From: Gemmatimonadota bacterium
GTDB lineage: Bacteria; Gemmatimonadota; Gemmatimonadetes; Gemmatimonadales; Gemmatimonadaceae
DNA: 64,000 nucleotides
Assembly (NCBI GenBank): GCA_031372565.1
Contig: JANMLN010000165.1
Span: forward strand, 1-64,000
Direction: 5' to 3'
Shown one piece after another: positions 28,801 to 38,341 of this stretch. The position numbers were made by a program, and so were the translations under genes. The notes beneath the pieces were generated by a model that saw only the letters and a program-made list of their open reading frames with translations, made no database searches and was not told where the DNA came from. Numbering within the stretch: the first letter of the stretch is position 1; each line of letters starts with the position of its first letter.

Positions 28801-29916
28801 TTACGGGCCGACGTCGTCGATGAAGACGAGGCTCTTGCGACGCTCCACGATGGCCCGTAGCGCATTGAAGACGCGCGGATCGAGATGCGTGCCGCTGTGG
28901 TTCGCGAGGAACTCGATGGCCTGCTGCGGCGAGGTGGGCTCGCGATACGGACGGCGCGAGGTGAGCGCGTCGAACGCATCAGCGGCCGCGATGATCCGTC
29001 CGCCGATCGCGATCTCCTCGCCCTTGAGCCCGCGCGGGTAGCCGCCGCCGTCCCAGTGTTCGTGGTGGTCGCGCACGAACTCGAGCGCGACGCCCAGATG
29101 CTCGAGTGGCGACAGCACCTCCACACCGATCCGCACATGCGCCTTGACGTGGTCGAACTCCTCGCCGGTGAGGGGCCCCGACTTGTGCAGGACACTCTCG
29201 CGAATGCCGATCATGCCGACGTCATGCAGACGGCCCGCCACGCGCACCGCCTCGACGACCTCTTCGTGCAAGCCGAGGAACTCCGCCATTCCCGCAGCGA
29301 AATCGGCCACGCGATGCGCATGCCCGCGCAGGTACACGTCCTTGGCTTCCTGCACCGCGATGAGGCTGTCGATCACCGCGACCGACAGCTGGCGAAGCGC
29401 GGCGCGCTCCCGCTCGAGATCGAGCGTCCGCTGCGCGACCTCCTCGCGGATCATGTTGTCGACCTTGCGCTGCTCGATCCCCAGATCGCGCTTGTGCAGC
29501 GCGCGCTCGATCACCTGCTCGAGATCGGCGAGCTCGATCGGTTTCATGAGGTAGTCGACGGCACCGAGCAGCAGCGCCTCCGTGGCCGTCGGCGCGTCAT
29601 TGACGGCCGTCAGCATCAGGATCGCGAGATCCGGATCGATACCGAGGGCGCGTGGGACGAGATCCAGGCCGCTGATGCCGGGCATGCGCACGTCGCAGAG
29701 CGCGGCGTGGAAGCGCTCCTTGCTCAGGATCTCGAGCGCGACCTCACTCGACTCCGCCGTCTGGACCTCGAAACCGCGGGAGCGCAGGAACTTGGCGAGC
29801 GCGACGCGGATCGCTTCCTCGTCGTCGATGACGAGCAGGCGGCGGATCCCCGGTTCGTTGACCATGCGCAACGACCGCGTGAGCCGGGAGGCCGATGGGG
29901 CTGGGCGTTCGCTCAT
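28801..29916 (-). CDS. REC + HD-GYP c-di-GMP phosphodiesterase
   Basis: REC (LVIDDE, CDVRMPG..G, KP), AKD.Y..GH..RV, LHDVG, HHEHWDGGGYP, ADAFDALTS.RPY. Confidence 0.93.
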   Translation of the reverse strand: MSERPAPSASRLTRSLRMVNEPGIRRLLVIDDEEAIRVALAKFLRSRGFEVQTAESSEVALEILSKERFHAALCDVRMPGISGLDLVPRALGIDPDLAILMLTAVNDAPTATEALLLGAVDYLMKPIELADLEQVIERALHKRDLGIEQRKVDNMIREEVAQRTLDLERERAALRQLSVAVIDSLIAVQEAKDVYLRGHAHRVADFAAGMAEFLGLHEEVVEAVRVAGRLHDVGMIGIRESVLHKSGPLTGEEFDHVKAHVRIGVEVLSPLEHLGVALEFVRDHHEHWDGGGYPRGLKGEEIAIGGRIIAAADAFDALTSRRPYREPTSPQQAIEFLANHSGTHLDPRVFNALRAIVERRKSLVFIDDVGP

Positions 29917-31193
29917 CGAGAGGCGGGGGACCGGGAGTCAGCGATGGGGGGCAAGGGCAGGCGCACCTCGATCCGTGTCGGTTTGTCAGGACCGCCGTCG
30001 ACTGCCATGGTGCCGCCGTTGGCCTCGACGATGGCCTTGGCGATGGCGAGTCCGACGCTGGCGAGCGGTGCCGGCGCGCCGACGGGATGCCAGTCAAACA
30101 TACGACCAAGTGCTTCGGGCGACATCCCCGGCCCCGTGTCGGTGACACGAAGAACCGCCACATGCGGCTCACGCGCGGTGGCGATCTCCACGATGCGGGA
30201 CGCCGGATCAACGTCGCGCACCACACCTTCGGCTCGGGCCAACAGTTGCATGATCAGCTGCAACAGCGCTTGCGCGTCCCCCTGCACCGGCGGCACGCCG
30301 GGCTCGAGCGCCACCCGCAGCGTGGCTCCCGCCGATCGCACGAGGTAGCCACGCAGCCGCACGGCCGACTCGACGAGCGGATTCAGGTCGACCAGCGTGG
30401 CCGCGCCCGACGCACGGGCCAGCAGCTGCAGATCACGCAGCAGTCGCGCCGCCTGCATCGCTTCGCGGCGGATGTAGCCGACCGACTCGACCTGATCCGG
30501 CTCGGTGAGCTCCGCCTCGAGCAGCTCGGCGAACGCGGAGATGCCGGTGAGGGGGTTGTTGAGGTCGTGAATCACCGCAGGCACCAGCTCGCCCAGCTGG
30601 GCGAGATGGTGCTGGCGCAGCTGCCGATCGCCGAGGGTCGTCGGCTCACCGACCGTCGCGGCGTCCACGCGCTCGATGCACAGGGCGGCCAGCAAGGCCA
30701 CGTCGCGGAGCAGGTTCACCTCCGCCTCATCGAGGGCATCCTCCGCCCCGTAGCGGACCGACAGCACGCCCGGCGCCGTGCGCGGGGTGCTGCACGGGAT
30801 GAACGCCACGGCCTGCACGCCAGCCGCGACCATCGCCCTGGTCCGCGGATCCTGCGACGCGCCGGGGAGCGTGGCCAGCGCGCGCACGGTCAGCGGGGCG
30901 CCAGAGGCAATGGTGGCCGTGACCAACTGGGCGAATGCGGGCGCGGGTTGCGCGCCCACGGTGTTGCGTCCAGCCCCACTCGTGTGCACGACCCGCACGG
31001 TCCGATCAGAACCGCCGAGAAAGAGCGTGACGCCCAGTGCGCCGAGCGGTCCGGCAGCCAGCGCGTCGAGGCCCGCGAACAGCTGCGCCCGTGTGCTGAC
31101 GCGGGCACATGCCTGCAGCGCTTCCGTGAGGACGGCGGCGTGCCGAACGGCGCGGTCCCCGAGTCCCACGGGTGCGGCCTCGCTCGTCATCAT
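29913..31193 (-). CDS. GAF-containing histidine kinase (degenerate ATPase boxes)
   Basis: HDLNNPLT H-box, DTGPGM, ANGG; the N-box lacks Asn; stop overlaps the HD-GYP start. Confidence 0.8.
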   Translation of the reverse strand: MMTSEAAPVGLGDRAVRHAAVLTEALQACARVSTRAQLFAGLDALAAGPLGALGVTLFLGGSDRTVRVVHTSGAGRNTVGAQPAPAFAQLVTATIASGAPLTVRALATLPGASQDPRTRAMVAAGVQAVAFIPCSTPRTAPGVLSVRYGAEDALDEAEVNLLRDVALLAALCIERVDAATVGEPTTLGDRQLRQHHLAQLGELVPAVIHDLNNPLTGISAFAELLEAELTEPDQVESVGYIRREAMQAARLLRDLQLLARASGAATLVDLNPLVESAVRLRGYLVRSAGATLRVALEPGVPPVQGDAQALLQLIMQLLARAEGVVRDVDPASRIVEIATAREPHVAVLRVTDTGPGMSPEALGRMFDWHPVGAPAPLASVGLAIAKAIVEANGGTMAVDGGPDKPTRIEVRLPLPPIADSRSPASR

Positions 31194-31384
31194 GTCGGCG
31201 ATACCCGCGGTTCCATCGACGCGGTGGCGCGGCCGCGGTGCGCCATTCGCACAGCGGCCGTGCTGGTGCCGGTGGAGCGGTGGGAGTTCGAGGCAACGTT
31301 GATCACGCGTGAAGTATCGGCGCGTGGGACGGTGGACTGCGGGGTCGGGTGCCGGGAGTGTCCAGCCCAGCCGGCCGTCGTCAT
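31190..31384 (-). CDS. Possible 64-aa small protein
   Basis: ATGA overlap with neighbours at both ends; mostly G/C-ending codons; no recognisable domain. Confidence 0.35.
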   Translation of the reverse strand: MTTAGWAGHSRHPTPQSTVPRADTSRVINVASNSHRSTGTSTAAVRMAHRGRATASMEPRVSPT

Positions 31385-32217
31385 GGCGTCGCGCGCGCCG
31401 TGCGGAGGGCGTCGTCGATGACCGGACGGTGCTGCAGGTATTCATCGAGCGGAAGCGCCAGCTCCTTCCCTTCGGCGGCAAGCAGGCGACGCTGAAAGTC
31501 GCGTCGCGCGCCGTCGTCTCGGCGGATTGCACTCGACTGAAGCCCGAGAATCAGGCCGAGCAGGTGCGTGGGGCGCGCCGACAGGATGGTGTCAGCTTGG
31601 GCACGCGCGAGGAGCGCCAGCGTCGAATCCTCGGTCGCCAAGGCAATCGCGCCGAGATGGAAGCGCACGTCGGCATCGACCGGCTGCACGTTGGCCGTGG
31701 CGCTCAAGGCCATCGGGGCGAAGAAGCGCACCGAATCGCGCTTGCCCTCCTCGCGGAGCCGCATGACACGATCGAAGAGTCGGTCGGCGGCATCCTTGGG
31801 GGACATGGCGCTGATGTCCGGCGGTCGACCGCCGCCACGCGCATCGCCACCGCCCGCGCCAGGCGCGACGCCTGCCGTCGCGCCCGCGGGGGCACCGGCC
31901 GGTGCGGCGGTTGCCGGCGCCTTCTCGGCGAACCGGTTGGTCCCGATCACGGCCACGAGCAGCAGCGCACAACTGATCGCGATCGTCCACGGCACCGTGG
32001 CGTTGCTCAGCAGGGCGGCGGACCGCCCGGCGGCCGCGGAGGGGGTGCCGCAGCGATGGCAGTACTGCGCGCCTGCGGAGAGAGCCGTCTCGCAGCGGCG
32101 ACAGCGCGCGCCGGCCACCGGCGTGCCACACTCGCTGCAGAAGCGGCCGTTGGTGGAGGCGCCGCATCGCGCACACGGGGCGGGAGCGGTGGTCACGGCG
32201 GGGGAACCGGTCGTCAT
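31381..32217 (-). CDS. Double zinc-ribbon membrane protein with helical (TPR-like) C-terminus
   Basis: CARCG..FCSECG..CRRC..YCHRCG, one TM, Ala/Gly linker, PPDIS.MSP...ADRLF.RVM. Confidence 0.8.
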   Translation of the reverse strand: MTTGSPAVTTAPAPCARCGASTNGRFCSECGTPVAGARCRRCETALSAGAQYCHRCGTPSAAAGRSAALLSNATVPWTIAISCALLLVAVIGTNRFAEKAPATAAPAGAPAGATAGVAPGAGGGDARGGGRPPDISAMSPKDAADRLFDRVMRLREEGKRDSVRFFAPMALSATANVQPVDADVRFHLGAIALATEDSTLALLARAQADTILSARPTHLLGLILGLQSSAIRRDDGARRDFQRRLLAAEGKELALPLDEYLQHRPVIDDALRTARATP

Positions 32218-32312
32218 GCGCGGAAGATAATCCAGCGGACGGCGCTCCCGCGGCGTGGGAGGCGGGCGTATCCTTCCCACCCGTCGCTGTCCGCCCGCCC
32301 CAGCCGCTGACC

Positions 32313-33677
32313 ATGCCAACCTCGCCGCGCGCCATGCTGCCAGACCTGTCCGGTGCCACCGCGCCGGATGTGCTGGAGCTCGCCCGGGCGCATGATGTGC
32401 GATTCGTGCGGCTGCAGTTCACCGACATTCTGGGCGTGAACAAGAATGTCGAGGTGCCGGCGTCGCAGATCGAGAAGGCACTGGCCGGCGACATCATGTT
32501 CGACGGCTCGTCGATCGAGGGGTTCGTGCGGATCGAGGAGTCCGACATGCTCCTCAAGCCCGATTTCGCGACCTTCCGCATCTTCCCGTTTGCGGAGGAC
32601 GAGGCGCGCGTGGCACGGCTGATCTGCGACATCACGCATCCGGATGGCCGTCCGTTCGAGGGGGACCCGCGCGGGTGTCTCAAGCGGCAGATCGCGCGCG
32701 CGGCGCGGATGGGACTCGTGATGAATGCGGGCATGGAAGCCGAATTCTTCATGTTCAAGCTGGGCGACGATGGGCGGCCGACGCTCGGCACGCATGATGG
32801 CGGCGGCTACTTCGACCTGACCCCCGTCGACCGTGGAGAGGACGCGCGGCGCGCGATCGTGGATGTGCTCGAGCGGATGGGATTCGAGATCGAGGCGGCG
32901 CACCACGAGGTCGCCCACGGACAGCACGAGATCGACTTCCGCTATGCCGATGCGCTGCTGACGGCGGACAACATCACGACCTTCCGCTTCGTGGTGCGGC
33001 ACGTGGCGCGCCGGTTCGGGTTGCATGCGTCGTTCATGCCGAAGCCGGTGTACGGGCAGAACGGGAGCGGGATGCATGCGCACCTCTCGCTGTTCAAGGG
33101 CGCGGAGAACCTGTTCTGGGACGCGGACGCACGCTGGGAGCTGTCCAAGTACGCGCACTGGTTCATCGGCGGGCTGTTGGCGCACGCGCGCGGCATGTGC
33201 GCGATCACCAATCCGCTCGTGAACTCGTACAAGCGGCTGGTGCCGGGGTTCGAGGCGCCCGTGAACGTGGCGTGGTCGATGCGCAACCGGAGTCCGTTGT
33301 TGCGCGTGCCGGACCGCCGCGGGACGGGCACCCGGGTGGAGTGCCGCATGCCGGATCCGTCGGCGAACCCGTATCTGGCGCTGGCCGTGCTGCTGGCGGC
33401 CGGACTGGATGGGCTCGATCAGAAGCTCTCGAGCCGGGAGCCGGTGAACACGAACATCTGGGAGCTCTCGCATCGCGAGAAGCGCCGGTTGCGGATCGAC
33501 GACCTGCCGCATGACTTGAACGAGGCGTGCGACGAACTCGAGAAAGATCCCGTCGTGACGGCCGCGCTGGGGGAGCACATCACGCGGCAGTTCCTCGCGG
33601 CGAAGCGCGAGGAGTGGCGCAGCTACATCTCGCAGGTGTCCAGTTGGGAGCTGGAGCAGTATCTGGCCAAGTACTGA
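32313..33677 (+). CDS. glnA: Glutamine synthetase type I
   Basis: LQFTDILG..KNVE, FDGSSIEGF, ESDM, HHEVA.GQHEI, FMPKP..G.NGSGMH, NSYKRLVPGFEAP, NRS, RVECR.PD..ANPY. Confidence 0.96.
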   Translation: MPTSPRAMLPDLSGATAPDVLELARAHDVRFVRLQFTDILGVNKNVEVPASQIEKALAGDIMFDGSSIEGFVRIEESDMLLKPDFATFRIFPFAEDEARVARLICDITHPDGRPFEGDPRGCLKRQIARAARMGLVMNAGMEAEFFMFKLGDDGRPTLGTHDGGGYFDLTPVDRGEDARRAIVDVLERMGFEIEAAHHEVAHGQHEIDFRYADALLTADNITTFRFVVRHVARRFGLHASFMPKPVYGQNGSGMHAHLSLFKGAENLFWDADARWELSKYAHWFIGGLLAHARGMCAITNPLVNSYKRLVPGFEAPVNVAWSMRNRSPLLRVPDRRGTGTRVECRMPDPSANPYLALAVLLAAGLDGLDQKLSSREPVNTNIWELSHREKRRLRIDDLPHDLNEACDELEKDPVVTAALGEHITRQFLAAKREEWRSYISQVSSWELEQYLAKY

Positions 33678-33753
33678 CCGTCACGATCACCCGACTGGCA
33701 GCCGCGTACCGACCTGCCATACTTTTCGGAACGACCTCTTCGAGGAGCCTCGC

Positions 33754-34674
33754 ATGATCCGCTTCCGCCGTTCTGCGCGCCGTGCCCGCATCGTATTGCC
33801 GCTGCTGCTTGCCGTCGCGACGTTGGCGACGCCGCGCCTGGCGTCGGCGCAATTCGGCAGCTTGTTGAAGAAGGCCGCCGAGAAGGTGGGCGAGAAGGCG
33901 ATCGACAAGGCGACCGGCGCGGAGGACAAGGTGTCGCCGCGGGTGAATGGCGCCGAACTGAGCGACGACGCACTGGGCCGCCTGCTCAGGGGCCTGACGG
34001 TGACGGCGGATCGCCTCGGCCAGCGGGACGCGCTGCAGTCGCGGCTCGAGCTGCAGGAGAAGGCGGTCAGTGACCTGCGCGAGCCGAATCAGGCGGCCAT
34101 CAACGCATGGGAGTCGGGCCACTCGACGTGGAGCAACTGCTTCAGCACGCAGTTCTCGAAGCTCGAGAAAGCGCACGAAGGGCAGACCAAGGTCGGTGCG
34201 ATGAAGATGATGGGCGATCCGAAGAAGGCGCAGGCGTACGCCGCGATGATGCAGAAGTACCAGACGGCGCAGCAAGAGGCCATGGCCGCGGGCGACACGC
34301 TCAAGCTGGCAGAGGCGCAGGCGAAGATGATGCGTGAGATGTACGGCATGATGGGCATCGACCTGGCTGCCGACTCCGCGAAGGCGCGCGGGGCATGCGG
34401 CGCCGAACCCAGGAAGCTGCCCGCGATGGTCAAGCTCGAGGCCCTCGAGGTGCAGCGCGACAGCCTGCGCGAACAGGTCCGCGACATCGAGAGCACGTCG
34501 CAGGTGGCGGGGGCAAAGGCGGCCGCCATGGACCTGGCCGAGTTCGCGCTGCAGCGCGAGAAGGCGACCGTGTTCCTCGGCAGCGGCAACGGTGGCGGGA
34601 TGCTCACGCGCGATGAACTCAACCGGTTGCGCGCCAAGCGGGCCGAGCTCGACAAGGTGAAGAAGGCGCTCTGA
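33754..34674 (+). CDS. Secreted alpha-helical hypothetical protein
   Basis: GAGGAG SD, signal peptide ending ASA-Q, FGSLLKKA start, coiled-coil character, two Cys. Confidence 0.75.
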   Translation: MIRFRRSARRARIVLPLLLAVATLATPRLASAQFGSLLKKAAEKVGEKAIDKATGAEDKVSPRVNGAELSDDALGRLLRGLTVTADRLGQRDALQSRLELQEKAVSDLREPNQAAINAWESGHSTWSNCFSTQFSKLEKAHEGQTKVGAMKMMGDPKKAQAYAAMMQKYQTAQQEAMAAGDTLKLAEAQAKMMREMYGMMGIDLAADSAKARGACGAEPRKLPAMVKLEALEVQRDSLREQVRDIESTSQVAGAKAAAMDLAEFALQREKATVFLGSGNGGGMLTRDELNRLRAKRAELDKVKKAL

Positions 34675-35633
34675 TGTCGCGCGCGTGGCGGCGCGCCTGG
34701 CGCGTCGCGACCGCGTGCGGTTGGCTGCTCGCGGGAGGCGCGCCCATGGGCACGTCTCCCGCGCGTGCGCAGGACACCACGTTGCCGCTCTCGCGGTTGC
34801 GGCGTTGGACGGGGACGCAGTATGTCGAGATCTGGCGGTCCGACTCCGCACCGTCGCGCTTCCTGAGCCCGCGCGACCCGTTGCTGCGCGGGTCCACCGC
34901 GCCGCAGTCGGTCGCGGCCGGGGTGACGGTGGAGGAGATCCGGCTCGGCGGGAGCGGCGAAGCGTTTCGTACCACGCTGGTCGTGGTGCGCATGGTCCCT
35001 CGGGCCGTGCGACTCGAGCTCGACACCGCGTTCGATCACGGGCAGCGGAACTGGACGATCGCCCGTGCGCCGCGCACCGCGGTGCTCGCCGTGAACGCCG
35101 GACAGTTCGAAGCCCATCTGCCGTGGGGATGGGTTCGGCTGCGCGGTCGGGATTTCCTGGCACCGGGGCGCGGACCGCTGGTGAGCGCGGTGAGCGTGGA
35201 CAGTGCGGGGCGGCTCACGCTGGTGCATGGCGGGGGTATAGCTCCCGCGCGCGCCGTCTGGGGCTTTCAGTCGTATCCGACACTGCTGGCGGGCGGCGCG
35301 GTGCCCGCGCCGTTGTTGGGGCCGGGTCGCGGCATTGATGTCGCGCACCGGGATGCACGACTGGCGATCGGTACGTGCGCGGATGGGAGCGTGGTGGTCG
35401 CGATGACGCGCTTTGCCGGTCTGGGCGAGCGGCTGGGGCTGTTGCCGCTTGGCCTCACGACGCCGGAAATGGCCGCGGTCATGGGGCTCCTGGGCGCGAC
35501 CGATGCCGTGCTGCTGGACGGTGGGATCTCGGCGCAACTCATGGTGCAGCAGCCGACCGGCTGGCGCCGGGCATGGCCGGGGCTCCGTGCTGTTCCACTG
35601 GCGCTGCTCGCCTATCCGGTGTCGAAAGAGTGA
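34674..35633 (+). CDS. Phosphodiester glycosidase (NAGPA-like) family protein
   Basis: AVNAGQF, R.AIG, GLT..EMA.....LGA.DA..LDGG.S; TGATG coupling with the upstream gene. Confidence 0.8.
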   Translation: MSRAWRRAWRVATACGWLLAGGAPMGTSPARAQDTTLPLSRLRRWTGTQYVEIWRSDSAPSRFLSPRDPLLRGSTAPQSVAAGVTVEEIRLGGSGEAFRTTLVVVRMVPRAVRLELDTAFDHGQRNWTIARAPRTAVLAVNAGQFEAHLPWGWVRLRGRDFLAPGRGPLVSAVSVDSAGRLTLVHGGGIAPARAVWGFQSYPTLLAGGAVPAPLLGPGRGIDVAHRDARLAIGTCADGSVVVAMTRFAGLGERLGLLPLGLTTPEMAAVMGLLGATDAVLLDGGISAQLMVQQPTGWRRAWPGLRAVPLALLAYPVSKE

Positions 35634-35835
35634 CGTAACTTCACTAATTGCAAAGACTTACCACGACGACGTAAAAAACGAGCAAAATGCGCAGTAATTC
35701 GTGGGCAACGAGCTAACCGGGTGAGTTGAAAGCGGTTGCCTGACGCAATAAGTTTGTTCATTCTGCACAGTTCGAGCGACGGCGCGCGACCAGCGCGACG
35801 CGATCATGTGCTGTTTCTCCCACTCTTCAGGAGTC

Positions 35836-38070
35836 ATGTCCGCCATGGCCAGTGATGCCTTGACCCCCCGCCAACAGGCGCTCCGCGCGATCACGCTGCA
35901 GGCGGTGCGCACGCCGTCGGCGTACCGCGATCTCTCCGACACGCGATCGACGCCGAGCCACTTCGGCATGAACACGTTCGGCGCGCGTCAGATGCGCGAG
36001 AAGTTGCCCAAGGCGACGTACGCGAAGCTGGTGTCGGCCGTGCGGCTGGGCAAGAAGCTGGACAGCGAGATCGCGCCGGTGGTGGCGCAGGTGATCAAGG
36101 AGTGGGCCGTTGGTCGGGGGGTCTCGCACTTCACGCACTGGTTCCAGCCGCAGACCGGACTCACGGCCGAGAAGCACGACAGCTTCCTGACGTTCGACGA
36201 GAACAAGCAGCCGATCGAGCAGTTCTCCGGTGAGCAACTGATTCAAAGCGAGCCTGATGCCTCGAGCTTTCCGAGCGGTGGGCTGCGCAACACCTGGGAA
36301 GCGCGCGGCTACACCGCGTGGAACCCCGCGAGCCCGGTGTTCATCCTGGAGTCGGGCGGCGTCAAGACGCTGTTCATTCCGTCGGTGTTCATCGGCTACA
36401 ACGGTGAGGCGCTCGACGAGATGACGCCGCTGCTCCGCAGCTCGGACATCCTGTCGGCCAAGGCGCTGGAGTTGCTGGAGGCGATCGGCGACAAGGGTGC
36501 GCTGCGCGTCTTCACGACGATGGGCGCGGAACAGGAGTACTTCCTGATCGATCGGACGCACTTCGCGATGCGCCCGGACCTGGTGATGGCGAACCGCACC
36601 CTCGTGGGTGCGCCGCCGCCACGCGGGCAGCAGCTCGAAGACCACTACTTCGGCGGCATCCCCGAGCGGGTGCAGGCCTGCATCGCCGAGGTGGAGTGGG
36701 AGCTGACGCGACTGGGCGTGCCGATCGTGACGCGCCACAACGAGGTGGCGCCGTCGCAGTTCGAGATGGCCCCGATCTTCGAGGAGACGGACATCGCGGT
36801 CGATCACAACCAGCTCGTGATGGCGGTGCTGCGCCGCGTGGCGTTGCGCCACGGGCTCCAGGCGATCGTGCACGAGAAGCCGTTCGCCGGCGTGAACGGA
36901 TCGGGCAAGCACTGCAACTGGTCGATGTCGATCATCTCGGACAACGCGCTGGACGGGGTCAACCTCCTCAAGCCGGGCAAGACGCCGCACCAGAACGTGC
37001 GGTTCCTGCTGTTCCTCGCCGCGGTGCTCAAGGGCGTCCATGCGCATGCGGGACTGCTGCGTGCGGGGATCGCGACGTCGGGGAACGAGCATCGGTTGGG
37101 GGCCAACGAAGCGCCGCCGGCCATCATCTCGGTGTTCATGGGGCAGATGTTGACGCGCGTGATCGAGGACATCGCCGCGGGGAAGACGGGCGGACAGACG
37201 GCGGCGGACGCCATGCTCGCGCTCGGCGTAGCCAAGCTGCCGGAGGTCGCGCAGGACAACACGGACCGCAACCGGACGTCGCCGTTCGCGTTCACGGGCG
37301 CGAAGTTCGAATTCCGCGCTGTGGGCGGGTCGCAGTCGATCGCGTTTCCGGTGATGCTGCTCAACGCGTGCGTGGCAGGCGCCATCGAGGAGATCACGAC
37401 GGAGCTCAAGGCCGAGCTCAAGAAGACGAAGAAGGTGGATGACGCGGCGCTGGTGGTGTGCCGCCGCATCTTCAAGGCGACGACGGCGGTGCGGTTCGAG
37501 GGCAACAACTACAGCGAGGCGTGGGTGAAGGAGGCGGCCAAGCGCGGCCTGCTCAACCTGCGCCGCACGCCGGAAGCGCTCGCGCAGCTCACGACGCCGC
37601 GCGCGAAGGCGCTGCTCACGGGGCTCGGCATCCTGTCGAAGGAGGAGCTGGCCTCCCGCTACCACGTGCGACTGGAGCGGTACATCAAGGACATGCTGAT
37701 CGAGTGCCACACGCTGGACCAGATGACCGGGACGCAGATCCTGCCGGCGGCGCTGGGCTATCTGGCGACGCTGACGCGGACGGCGGCTGAGGCCAAGGGA
37801 CTGGGGCTCAAGGAGAACCCGGCGCTCGCTGGGGCCAAGCAGGTCAGTGCGCAGGTCGTGGCGCTGCAAGCGGCGCATGCGGCGCTGCAGGGCGTGATTG
37901 CGAAGGCGGAGGCGCTCCACGATGCCCCTGAGGAGCAGGCAAAGGTGCTGACCGGGGCCGGGGCGGACGCCATGGCGGCAGTTCGCGCCTGCTCGGACGC
38001 CCTCGAATTGACGGTTGGGGACGCGGCGTGGCCGTTGCCGCGTTACCGAGAGATGCTCTTCCCCGTCTAA
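35836..38070 (+). CDS. glnN: Glutamine synthetase type III
   Basis: HFTHWFQP.TG.TAEKHD, EPDASSFPSGGLR.T.EARGYTAW, GAEQEYFL, HNEVAP.Q.E, EKPFAGVNGSGKH.NW, TDRNRTSPFAFTG.KFEFR; AGGAG SD before ATG 35836. Confidence 0.96.
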   Translation: MSAMASDALTPRQQALRAITLQAVRTPSAYRDLSDTRSTPSHFGMNTFGARQMREKLPKATYAKLVSAVRLGKKLDSEIAPVVAQVIKEWAVGRGVSHFTHWFQPQTGLTAEKHDSFLTFDENKQPIEQFSGEQLIQSEPDASSFPSGGLRNTWEARGYTAWNPASPVFILESGGVKTLFIPSVFIGYNGEALDEMTPLLRSSDILSAKALELLEAIGDKGALRVFTTMGAEQEYFLIDRTHFAMRPDLVMANRTLVGAPPPRGQQLEDHYFGGIPERVQACIAEVEWELTRLGVPIVTRHNEVAPSQFEMAPIFEETDIAVDHNQLVMAVLRRVALRHGLQAIVHEKPFAGVNGSGKHCNWSMSIISDNALDGVNLLKPGKTPHQNVRFLLFLAAVLKGVHAHAGLLRAGIATSGNEHRLGANEAPPAIISVFMGQMLTRVIEDIAAGKTGGQTAADAMLALGVAKLPEVAQDNTDRNRTSPFAFTGAKFEFRAVGGSQSIAFPVMLLNACVAGAIEEITTELKAELKKTKKVDDAALVVCRRIFKATTAVRFEGNNYSEAWVKEAAKRGLLNLRRTPEALAQLTTPRAKALLTGLGILSKEELASRYHVRLERYIKDMLIECHTLDQMTGTQILPAALGYLATLTRTAAEAKGLGLKENPALAGAKQVSAQVVALQAAHAALQGVIAKAEALHDAPEEQAKVLTGAGADAMAAVRACSDALELTVGDAAWPLPRYREMLFPV

Positions 38071-38134
38071 TAGGTCGACGGCGGGAAAGGGCCCTGCGCC
38101 GCTGGACGACAGTCTGGCGGCCAGGCCGGTAAGT

Positions 38135-38150
38135 CGTGACATGGCTCACG
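38135..38150. promoter_or_regulatory. CRP/FNR-family-like box CGTGA-N6-TCACG
   Basis: Perfect 5-bp inverted repeat with 6-nt spacer about 190 nt upstream of the OmpA gene. Confidence 0.35.
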
Positions 38151-38341
38151 TTACATTTACGAGGGCCTTGCGGGTTAGGACATTATTTGCGAGCCTTAAT
38201 GCTCGCTGAAACTGCCCGTGTTCCTCTGTCACAGAGGTTCACGGCTGTTGCGCGCGCCGACAACGCGGTCGGTGCCGCTATATTCTGCGGGTGTTCCGAC
38301 TGCGTCGGCTCACCCTTTCGTTCTCTCTTTTTGGAGGTTGC

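Noticed and set aside
35779..35796. Sigma-54 promoter or NtrC boxes upstream of GSIII
   Set aside because: GG-N10-GC spacing exists (CGGCGCG-N4-CAGC), but the match is poor, and NtrC-like boxes nearby are too degenerate to call.
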